From: Bacteroidota bacterium
Lineage (GTDB): Bacteria > Bacteroidota > Bacteroidia > NS11-12g > UBA955
DNA length: 64,000 nucleotides
Assembly: GCA_027621365.1 (NCBI GenBank)
Contig: JAQCBH010000001.1
Location: 200,724 to 264,723 of the forward strand
Reading direction: 5' to 3'
Shown piece by piece: positions 1 to 7,718 of the stretch. Numbering within the stretch: position 1 is the first letter of the stretch; every line of letters begins with the position of its first letter. The position numbers and the translations under genes are program-made. The notes below the pieces were generated by a model. It saw only the letters and a program-made list of their open reading frames with translations. It was not told where the DNA came from and did no database searches.

Positions 1-303
1 AAATGATCTCTGCACCGGTTTTGTTGCTCAAGTCAACGTGACCGCTCACGAAATCAGCATGGAAGTGGGTTTCGAAAATGTACTTGATGCGGTGGCCATT
101 CTTTTCGGCGCGCTCCATGTACGTATGGGTCTCGCGCAAGGGATCAATGATGGCGACTTCTCCGTTACTCTCAATGTAGTAAGCACCCTGCGCCAAACAA
201 CCGGTGTAGATCTGTTCGATGTTCACCTGTGCATTGGAGGGAGGATTGGAAGGGGTGGCTGATGCAGCAACCTTGTCCTTCTTGAAGAAATTGAATAGGT
301 TCA
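1..303 (-). CDS. Metallo-beta-lactamase-fold persulfide dioxygenase-like protein (CstB/ETHE1-like). Only the N-terminal ~100 aa are present; the C-terminus lies off the window.
   Basis: I translated the minus strand from ATG at 301-303. It gives MNLFNFFKKDKV...IEQIYTGCLAQGAYYIESNGEVAIIDPLRETHTYMERAEKNGHRIKYIFETHFHADFVSGH. This contains the MBL HxHxDH motif (THFHADF) and the N-terminal pattern typical of persulfide dioxygenases (compare S. aureus CstB: FKQFYDKHLSQASYLIG...IIDP...HIHADF). It is not in the ORF track because it runs off the window. Confidence 0.6.
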
Positions 304-315
304 TATGGATGAGAT

Positions 316-990
316 TTATTTTTTATTTAGTTCTAGGTTGGCGCAAGCTGCGCACTTTTTTTCAAAGTCAATATACAATTCCGTGCCCAAACGCTTGGGA
401 TGCGACAAGTCGCAGTCGGCCATGTGCTGAAGGTCGAAATGGGGACCGAACAAGGCTTGGTATTCTTCGGCCGTACCGCCGAATGGAGGTCCTTCTTGTT
501 CGAATTCTCGGTTGAACAAAAGGCCCATCAAATGGCCTTCAGAAGCGAGCAAATGATACATCTTGCGCACATATGCCGAACGCAACAATGGCGGCAGGGC
601 GCAGAAAAACGTTTGCTCCAAGATGCAATTGTATTCTCCCTCATGGGCAAAGAAATCGCCTTCAATAACGCGAATTCGATCGGAGTAATCGGCATAACGA
701 GCCTTCAAGGCATTCACCAAATCGGGGGCGATATCAATCAAGGTCACGTTGGTAAAACCTTGCTCCAGCAAATAATCGGCTTCGTAGGCGTTGCCGCAGC
801 CGGGTATCAAAATGGCCGCATTCTTGTCGGAGATGCCATCGATGGTATGCACCAAAGCAGGTGAAGCAGCGTTCAAATCCCAGCCGGTCTCTCCGACCTT
901 GTATTTGCTATTCCAAAACTCCTGACCGTAGGGTTGTTCGGTCAAGGGTTCAGGCGCACAGCACAAAGGCTCTTGTTTCTCGGTACTCAT
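316..990 (-). CDS. Thiopurine S-methyltransferase (TPMT) family SAM-dependent methyltransferase
   Basis: 224 aa ORF. It carries the TPMT-type N-terminal motif (FWNSKYKVGETGWDLNAASPALV) and a SAM-binding glycine-rich motif (LIPGCGNAYEADYL). Its ATG overlaps the stop codon of the upstream cytochrome c gene by 1 nt. Confidence 0.75.
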   Translation of the reverse strand: MSTEKQEPLCCAPEPLTEQPYGQEFWNSKYKVGETGWDLNAASPALVHTIDGISDKNAAILIPGCGNAYEADYLLEQGFTNVTLIDIAPDLVNALKARYADYSDRIRVIEGDFFAHEGEYNCILEQTFFCALPPLLRSAYVRKMYHLLASEGHLMGLLFNREFEQEGPPFGGTAEEYQALFGPHFDLQHMADCDLSHPKRLGTELYIDFEKKCAACANLELNKK

Positions 991-2063
991 TAGGGCTTGC
1001 TATTGGATTGAAATTCTTTGATAGGACCGAATGGGCCGTATTTGTGTTGCTTTTCAGAGAAAGCATCGGCATAGGGACCAAAGGGATGGTCAAAATTCTT
1101 CTTGGCGACATCGGGCCAATCGGCGCTGATATTTTTGGCCGGGCGATCCATACTATTGACATAGGCCGCCACATCCCAAGCTTGTTCGTCGCTGAGCTGA
1201 GGAGACTGGTAGGTCGCACCCAATGGCATATTGGCTTTCACGTATCCCGCAAATCGACTCAAACGATACAATCCGGCCCCGTGGTTGTAGCTGTGCTCTC
1301 CCCACAACGGCGGATAGGTGTATTCATTGCCCTCAGCGTTCATGACTCCTTGCCCATCCACACCATGGCAGCTCGCGCACTTCACATCATACACAGCTTT
1401 GCCCTGAACGGGATCGGCTGGGCGATCCAGGAACGCCAAGTTGTAAATGCCCGCACCTTTGGCTTTTTCACCCTTGGGCTGCCCGGAGCCCACGTATTGA
1501 ATGTAGGCCGCCATGGCTTGCATTTCCGCACTCTCCTTGGCAGGGGCCGTACCGTTCAAGCTGCGCTCAAAACAATCGGCAATGCGCTTGTAGATGTCTT
1601 CGACCGTGCCGCTTCTGGCGCGAAACTTGGGATAGACAGCCGCTACTGAACCGTAGTTGTTGCCCCAGGGTTGCGTACCCGCGTTCAAATGGCAATTCTG
1701 GCAATTCAAACCGTTGCTCAACTGAGCAACAGAGCCTTTGGGACCTAAGTATTTACTGGTGTGCGCCACCAAATCTTTACCGTATTGCAACTGCGCTTTG
1801 CGAGCGCCTTCGGGTAGCTGATCGATGTCCAAGGCTTTCCACAAATCGCTGCTGGTATCCAAAGAAGCATATTGAACCGGCTGACTGAGCTTCCAAGCCA
1901 ACATGGCCGAGTCAGACAGGGGTTCTTTGTTTTGGTGAAACTCGTACTTGGAACCCCACAAGGTCCAAACGGTGATGGCCACAATGCCCACCACCATCAA
2001 ACCCAGGGACCACAAGAGTCCAGCCATGGTTTTGACAAGTGATTCAAGTGATTTTGGGTTCAT
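990..2063 (-). CDS. Membrane-anchored diheme c-type cytochrome (TsdA/SoxA-like candidate)
   Basis: Two CxxCH heme-binding motifs (NCQNCH and KCASCH). An N-terminal hydrophobic anchor (AGLLWSLGLMVVGIVAITVWTLW) follows the proposed start MNPKSLESL at 2063. The ORF-track start at 2123 would overlap tauE by 55 nt. Confidence 0.7.
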   Translation of the reverse strand: MNPKSLESLVKTMAGLLWSLGLMVVGIVAITVWTLWGSKYEFHQNKEPLSDSAMLAWKLSQPVQYASLDTSSDLWKALDIDQLPEGARKAQLQYGKDLVAHTSKYLGPKGSVAQLSNGLNCQNCHLNAGTQPWGNNYGSVAAVYPKFRARSGTVEDIYKRIADCFERSLNGTAPAKESAEMQAMAAYIQYVGSGQPKGEKAKGAGIYNLAFLDRPADPVQGKAVYDVKCASCHGVDGQGVMNAEGNEYTYPPLWGEHSYNHGAGLYRLSRFAGYVKANMPLGATYQSPQLSDEQAWDVAAYVNSMDRPAKNISADWPDVAKKNFDHPFGPYADAFSEKQHKYGPFGPIKEFQSNSKP

Positions 2064-2068
2064 AGGGC

Positions 2069-2869
2069 TTACAGAAGGGTTTCTTTGATGATGATGTACA
2101 CACCCATGATCAGCACGAACCAACCGAATGCAGGCTTGAGTTTGTCACCACTGATTTTCTTAGAAAGCTGGGCACCAAACAGAATACCACCAACGGCAAT
2201 GGCCGAAAAGATCAAAAGGAAATTCCAGTCAATCGTTTGACTTCCCTGCCCAAGGTCTCCCAAGAAGCCCAACAAGGACTTGGAGGCGATGATGATCAAG
2301 GAAGTTCCTACCGCTTGCTTCATGGGAAGCTTGGCCAAAAGCACCAAGGCAGGAATGATCAAAAATCCGCCGCCAGCACCGACCAATCCAGTTACCAATC
2401 CTACCACCAAACCTTCAACCGTAATCAAGGGATAGTTGTAGGCAATTTCACCCGCGTCAGCCGCTTGGGGCTTGCCCTTGCGAATCATGGAATAGGCCGC
2501 CAACACCATGATCACGGCGAACAGGATCAACAAGGCCATGCTCTTGGTCACCACAAATGAACCCATGGTCATGACCGTATCGGGGATCATGGGAACGATA
2601 TAATGGCGTGTGATGTACACCGAGATGATGGAGGGAATACCAAACACAATGGCCGTGCGCCAGTGAATGTTGCCCAGGCGCATGTGCGACACGGAGCCCA
2701 CCAAGCTGGTCAAGCCTACGATGAACAAGGAATAGGCCGTGGCCAAAACCGCGTCAACCGAGAACAAGTATACCAAAATGGGTACGGTAAGGATAGAACC
2801 GCCGCCGCCAATCAGGCCCAATGAAAGACCCATGGCTATGGCTCCTAGGTATCCAAAAATTTCAATCAT
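2069..2869 (-). CDS. TauE/SafE family sulfite exporter (DUF81)
   Basis: 266 aa polytopic membrane protein. It has the typical N-terminal GxxxGxxGGGGS motif (GLSLGLIGGGGSILTVPILVYLF) and a repeated half-domain architecture. Confidence 0.8.
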   Translation of the reverse strand: MIEIFGYLGAIAMGLSLGLIGGGGSILTVPILVYLFSVDAVLATAYSLFIVGLTSLVGSVSHMRLGNIHWRTAIVFGIPSIISVYITRHYIVPMIPDTVMTMGSFVVTKSMALLILFAVIMVLAAYSMIRKGKPQAADAGEIAYNYPLITVEGLVVGLVTGLVGAGGGFLIIPALVLLAKLPMKQAVGTSLIIIASKSLLGFLGDLGQGSQTIDWNFLLIFSAIAVGGILFGAQLSKKISGDKLKPAFGWFVLIMGVYIIIKETLL

Positions 2870-2913
2870 AACACAAAGTTGGAGTAAAATTCAATGCTGG
2901 TCAGTGACGATAG

Positions 2914-4677
2914 TTACACAAACTCGTATTCGTATCCGTCCAACTGCGACAAAACATTTTGAGGCAAGTCGGTACAGGTTACACGGCCTTCTACCTTGGG
3001 CTCGACAGGTGAATGCTCTTTCAAATACTCGCGAATGACATCGTGCAAATAATCAGGCAAATCGACAGGATTTTCAACATTTTTGATTCGGCACAACATG
3101 TCTTCGGGATCTCCTTCTCGCTCACAGGCAATGACCTTGTAACTGCGGTTGGGATCCATCGGTTCGCCGGCAATTTTGATCCAATTGATGCGCTCTCCCA
3201 TGGGCTTTTCGGAAGTGAAGTTCATTTCCATTCCTTTGAAACGCACCACCCATCCGCCGAAACGCTTGGCGGGGTCGACCGAAAACACGTTCTCCAATTC
3301 TTTTTCCAACCACTCTTTCAAGCGAGAACCTTTCACCTCACCCGAACGGGCCTGGCTGTTTACGGGCAGCATGGACCAAAGGAAATCATTGGTGATTTCT
3401 TGAGGCTGCTCGGGGTTGTCGACCACCAAGGGAGGACAAAAACGGAATCCGTTTGACAAAGCGATATCGGGCTTGAACTTCCAATGAACGGCGTCGGTGA
3501 TCAAGTTGTCCATGGGGTTTTCGATCACGTAGTAGCGCACCAAAGTGCTCTTGGTCTTTCCAATGACCGTATCGAGCTCAGCCTTGTAGGGCTCGCGCAT
3601 CTTGTCGACCAAGGCCTGCATATCGGCATTGGGCTTGTACTGATCGGGATCAACGTCGAGCAATTGATAGGTCTGATCTTTGATCACCCCGTCTTCGACC
3701 ACCACGTCCAACTTGGCCACAAAGGAACCGAAGGCACCGGGCTCGGTTACCTTGGCGTACTTGGCCTGAATGGGCTTGCGCACGCGCTCGTGGGTATCGG
3801 CGCCCAAGATGTAGTCGACCCCTTCGAGTTGAGGCTGATTGCCCAAAGCAATTTGCTGGGTCAAGCCCATGTGGGTGACCAAGAATACCATGGAACACTT
3901 CTCGTATTGACGCAAATACTTGACGTACTTGGCTACATTCTCCAGCGGATCGGTAAACGTTATACCCTTGCTGTAGGCGGGTGACTGGCGCTTAGGGGTC
4001 AAGGGATCGTTGTAGCCAATGAAACCAATTTTCACTCCGGCCATTTGCTTGATCCAATAGGGTTGGAAGATCATCTCTCCGTTCAAATCACCGCCGTCGT
4101 GGTACATGTTGGCGCAAATTTTGGCCGAGTTGTATCCACCCAAATCTTGCATCATCATTTCTTTACCGTACACGACTTCCCAGTTTCCGGGCAACATCAA
4201 ATCGTAGCCTACTTCGTTGATCAAAGGAACAATGTTTCGACCTTCGCTCAAGGCCGCTACTCCCCCGCCCTGGAAGCAGTCGCCTCCATCAATGACGACT
4301 GTATTCTCAGGATTTTCGTTGCGCAGGGTGTCAATCATGGTTTTCAGGGTGGCAAAGCCTCCGCGTTTTTTGTAAACGGGCTTTCCTTCTACCCAGAAGA
4401 ATTCATCGTGAATGCCCAACTGAGAATGAATGTCAGCCGTATTCAAAATGGTAAAGTGCTGTGCTTTGCCGCTTCGAACGGAGCTAGACTTGCCCATGCT
4501 AGCAGCATCGCTTCCGCAACCTTCTAGGGTTCCGGCAACAGCCCCTCCAAAGGCCAATCCCAAACCCAAAGAAGAAGCCGATTTCAAGAAATCACGGCGA
4601 CCGCTACTGGGTTGTTCGGTGTTTTCATCGCTGCATGACTGGCAGCTGCAGTGTGGTATATGGTAGATTTTTTTCAT
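2914..4677 (-). CDS. Tat-secreted 5'-nucleotidase / calcineurin-like metallophosphoesterase (SoxB-like candidate)
   Basis: Twin-arginine signal SGRRDFLKSASSLGLGLAFGGAVAG. Metallophosphatase motifs DIH (NTADIHS), GD (VIDGGDCFQGG) and GNxE (here GNWE). It also has a 5'-nucleotidase C-terminal substrate-binding domain. The proposed start MKKIYHIP at 4677 is 1 nt after the porin gene stop. The ORF-track start at 4782 would overlap the porin gene by ~100 nt. Confidence 0.65.
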   Translation of the reverse strand: MKKIYHIPHCSCQSCSDENTEQPSSGRRDFLKSASSLGLGLAFGGAVAGTLEGCGSDAASMGKSSSVRSGKAQHFTILNTADIHSQLGIHDEFFWVEGKPVYKKRGGFATLKTMIDTLRNENPENTVVIDGGDCFQGGGVAALSEGRNIVPLINEVGYDLMLPGNWEVVYGKEMMMQDLGGYNSAKICANMYHDGGDLNGEMIFQPYWIKQMAGVKIGFIGYNDPLTPKRQSPAYSKGITFTDPLENVAKYVKYLRQYEKCSMVFLVTHMGLTQQIALGNQPQLEGVDYILGADTHERVRKPIQAKYAKVTEPGAFGSFVAKLDVVVEDGVIKDQTYQLLDVDPDQYKPNADMQALVDKMREPYKAELDTVIGKTKSTLVRYYVIENPMDNLITDAVHWKFKPDIALSNGFRFCPPLVVDNPEQPQEITNDFLWSMLPVNSQARSGEVKGSRLKEWLEKELENVFSVDPAKRFGGWVVRFKGMEMNFTSEKPMGERINWIKIAGEPMDPNRSYKVIACEREGDPEDMLCRIKNVENPVDLPDYLHDVIREYLKEHSPVEPKVEGRVTCTDLPQNVLSQLDGYEYEFV

Positions 4678-4678
4678 G

Positions 4679-6097
4679 TTAAAAATGGTAATTGAGCACC
4701 ACGTTGTGGTGGAATACATTGACTTTGTTGAGAATATAAGAGGTTTTGTCGTAAGTGTCAGCGATGGCCTTCTTGTATACACCCAACCAACCTATCTCAA
4801 TGCCTTTGAAGAATCCTTCTTCCACCATGTAATAAATGGAGGCATTGGTTTGGCAATAAGCGGGGAACCCATATTTGTTTCGAGCCGCATCATTGGCGTC
4901 AGGCAACTTGTACATTCCCACACCTACAGAACCTGACCAGGGGTTCTCTTCGCTTAGAAATTGAACGACGGCGTTGTAGGCATGAACATCGGCGTAGCCT
5001 TCGTTGCGCTCCCGCGATAGAAAGGTATAAAAGGGATCTCTGCCCCATTCACGGGGCATCAAGTAGCGCCCTTTGTCGGCAATGCGGGTGTAATTCAATT
5101 GGAACTCCCAGCCCGAATGACGGCGGTAGGACAAACGAGTACTACCGACAAGGCTAGCTCCCTGTTCAGGATTCATATAGGTCTTATTGAGGTCGGCATT
5201 CCCCCCGTCATCTAATGCTTGTTGAGCGATTCCCATGGCGTACCATTTGAGGTTGCCTTCTACTCCTTTATGCAGGGTACTGACAAGCTCCAGCATCTCA
5301 GTATTGAACACATGGGTCACTGTTTGATTCCAAGCGTTCAATTTGACTCTATCTCCCAACTTCTGAGATAGCCCGGCATAGATCACCTTTGACTCGGGCA
5401 TATTCCCTTTATATCCCGAACGAGCCCCTGAGGTACTTCTACCAACACCATAAAGCCCAAACGATTCATTCACTTGGAACCATCTAACAGTGCTTCGGGG
5501 TGAGATCTCGCTAATCCAACCCAACTCCAGCTGAGTATGTTTGTTCGGTTTCCATTCCATGAGTACACCTTGCACCAAGGTAGGGCGCATTCGCCCGTCC
5601 TGGGGATTGATGAATGGGGTACGAATGTGCTGTTTGCCAAATTTGATCTCTAGGTGCTGATCGCTGTACTTGAGATAGAGGTCTTCCAAACGATCCAAGT
5701 CATGGTGATTGCCTGGATTTTCAACATCGAACAAGCCTACTTCGTGGCGATTGGGCTGTGCGGAGGCCGTATCGGGCACTTGCAAGTCGCTCGAAACTAA
5801 GTTATAAATGAAAAAACCGGAAATACCCAATTGAAGGCGATGCAAAGGGGCCGTTTCATAGCCAATACCCATTCCGAAGGCGGTCGCATGGTAATCGGTG
5901 AGTTCTCCTTTGTTGTAAGTCCCCATGCTGACAAATCGCGAGTGGCCGAAGAATTGACCGCTTTGAAAAAAATGCTGCAGGCTTGTGGAATCGATTTCTC
6001 GGTTTCGCTCCGTGTGGTGAATGTAACTGTAATGTTGCGCTTGGTTCCTAGCGAACAAGGAGAGAATACCTAGAAATAAAAGGCTGCGTTTTGCCAT
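4679..6097 (-). CDS. Putative outer-membrane beta-barrel porin
   Basis: After trimming to the internal start (6097) the ORF gives a signal peptide MAKRSLLFLGILSLFARNQAQ. The sequence has alternating amphipathic beta-strand character and a C-terminal ...VVLNYHF ending in Phe, typical of OM beta-barrels. The ORF-track model adds 92 aa with no stop that run through the intergenic region into tatD. Confidence 0.5.
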   Translation of the reverse strand: MAKRSLLFLGILSLFARNQAQHYSYIHHTERNREIDSTSLQHFFQSGQFFGHSRFVSMGTYNKGELTDYHATAFGMGIGYETAPLHRLQLGISGFFIYNLVSSDLQVPDTASAQPNRHEVGLFDVENPGNHHDLDRLEDLYLKYSDQHLEIKFGKQHIRTPFINPQDGRMRPTLVQGVLMEWKPNKHTQLELGWISEISPRSTVRWFQVNESFGLYGVGRSTSGARSGYKGNMPESKVIYAGLSQKLGDRVKLNAWNQTVTHVFNTEMLELVSTLHKGVEGNLKWYAMGIAQQALDDGGNADLNKTYMNPEQGASLVGSTRLSYRRHSGWEFQLNYTRIADKGRYLMPREWGRDPFYTFLSRERNEGYADVHAYNAVVQFLSEENPWSGSVGVGMYKLPDANDAARNKYGFPAYCQTNASIYYMVEEGFFKGIEIGWLGVYKKAIADTYDKTSYILNKVNVFHHNVVLNYHF

Positions 6098-6143
6098 GAA
6101 GGACAAAACTGCCTGATTTTTTTCTTCACGACAGTAACCTAGG

Positions 6144-6929
6144 TCACAATGCCGCCAACTTCGGAAACAAGCGTTGAGCGTTTTGGCTAGTCTGAGAGGC
6201 CAATTCTTGTATGCTACAGCCCCAATTGTTCGCCATAGCCTCGGCAACCAAACGAACATAAGCCGGCTCATTTCGTTTGCCTCTATGGGGCACCGGAGAC
6301 AAAAAAGGGCTGTCAGTTTCGAGCACAATTTTTTCGCGTGGAATGCCCGTAAGGCTATCGGCCAACTTGGCATTTTTGAAGGTATACACCCCTCCTATTC
6401 CGAGATAGAACCCTGTTTTAATGATCTCAGTGGCGAGTTCGTGACTTTCAGAAAAACAGTGAAACACTCCTCGAAGGCCTTCCTTGAGATAGGGCTTGAT
6501 GATGTCTAGGGTGGCGTGGGTTGCATTTCGGGTGTGCAAACAAATGGGCAGATCCCATTCCAATGCTTTTTCAATCTGAAATTTCAAAGCCGCTTCTTGC
6601 CAAGGGAGTGTGCTCTTGTCCCAGTACAAATCAAGACCGATTTCCCCAATGGCTACCCAGCGTTGATGATTACCGTCAGCAAACAGAGCCTCGAGTTCTT
6701 CTCGCCAATTCTCAAACACATCGCAGGGATGCAATCCCAACATGGCAAAGCAGAAGTCGGGATAAGACTCCGTCAATTCAAGCATGGGCTGCATAGATGC
6801 GCGATCGATGTTCGGCATGACGATGCCAGAAACACCCGCTTCTATTGCTCGTTGGATGACCGCTTGCTGATCGACTGCCAACTGTTCGTGATACAAATGA
6901 CAATGCGTATCGATCAGATTCAATTCCAT
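6144..6929 (-). CDS. tatD: TatD family metal-dependent hydrolase/DNase
   Basis: MELNLIDTHCHLY... carries the HxH motif with a conserved TatD fold along its length. The start was chosen at the internal Met, just before the conserved IDTHCHL. Confidence 0.85.
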   Translation of the reverse strand: MELNLIDTHCHLYHEQLAVDQQAVIQRAIEAGVSGIVMPNIDRASMQPMLELTESYPDFCFAMLGLHPCDVFENWREELEALFADGNHQRWVAIGEIGLDLYWDKSTLPWQEAALKFQIEKALEWDLPICLHTRNATHATLDIIKPYLKEGLRGVFHCFSESHELATEIIKTGFYLGIGGVYTFKNAKLADSLTGIPREKIVLETDSPFLSPVPHRGKRNEPAYVRLVAEAMANNWGCSIQELASQTSQNAQRLFPKLAAL

Positions 6930-7699
6930 TTCAAGGGCTCCTTGTTCAGGAAGGCCGAAACACCTTTTTTCCAATCTTCAGATTCTCGGCTGCGAGCGTT
7001 CACATCTTCGGCATAATCAAGAGCATCACCGCGTAGCATTGAATGTGTATCCAACAACAAAGACTTGGTCATGATGGCTGCTTGTAGGGATACATTTTCG
7101 ACCAAGTGCTGAGCATAGGCGCGCACTTCTGTCAACAGAGAATCATCCGAAACCACCTTATTGACCATACCGATTTCTCTGGCTTGTGCCGAAGAAATCA
7201 CTTCTCCCGACAAGGTCAATTCCCGAATGGCAGAACCCCTGATGCGCTTTCTCAAGTATACAGAGACCAAGGCAGGAACGAAGCCAATTTTCACTTCGGG
7301 AAAACCGAAGGTGGCCGATTCAGAAGCCCAAACAAAGTCTGCCAAATTGGCCAAGCCACAGCCACCGGCCAAAGCAGGTCCTGCCACAGCTGAAATGACG
7401 ATTTTTTGCAGGAACAACAATCTATCAAAGACCACTCGCATGTTGTGGGAATCTTCCAAATTTTGGTCGTAATCAAATTGGCTCAGATTCTTCATGTGCT
7501 GAAGATCAGCTCCCGCAGAAAACACGGAACCTTCCGATCGCAAAATGACAACTTTAACCTCAGCAATGGACCCGATTTCATCAATAGCTGCGCTCATCTG
7601 AGTCAGCATTTCTGGCCCTAAGGAATTGCGCTTTTCTTCATGGCAAAGAACCATTTCGACAATCGCTCCAGACCGCTGTACTTTTACTAACTGACTCAT
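6920..7699 (-). CDS. Enoyl-CoA hydratase/isomerase (crotonase) family protein
   Basis: 259 aa. The crotonase fold is visible, including the oxyanion-hole region (SVFSAGADLQ) and ...GPALAGGCGLA. Confidence 0.8.
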   Translation of the reverse strand: MSQLVKVQRSGAIVEMVLCHEEKRNSLGPEMLTQMSAAIDEIGSIAEVKVVILRSEGSVFSAGADLQHMKNLSQFDYDQNLEDSHNMRVVFDRLLFLQKIVISAVAGPALAGGCGLANLADFVWASESATFGFPEVKIGFVPALVSVYLRKRIRGSAIRELTLSGEVISSAQAREIGMVNKVVSDDSLLTEVRAYAQHLVENVSLQAAIMTKSLLLDTHSMLRGDALDYAEDVNARSRESEDWKKGVSAFLNKEPLKWN

Positions 7700-7718
7700 A
7701 AAAACCCAAATCTAACCA

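Noticed and set aside
38-864. Plus-strand ORFs (74-154 aa) at the window start
   Set aside because: They are antisense to the CstB-like MBL gene and the TPMT-family methyltransferase gene. They have no motifs and are mutually overlapping.
6098-6373. The 92-aa N-terminal extension of the porin ORF (MPSWPIALRAF...)
   Set aside because: The extension crosses the 46-bp intergenic region and overlaps the 3' end of tatD. The internal Met at 6097 is immediately followed by a canonical signal peptide, and the extension is rich in Cys/Arg/Trp, which is atypical for an exported protein.
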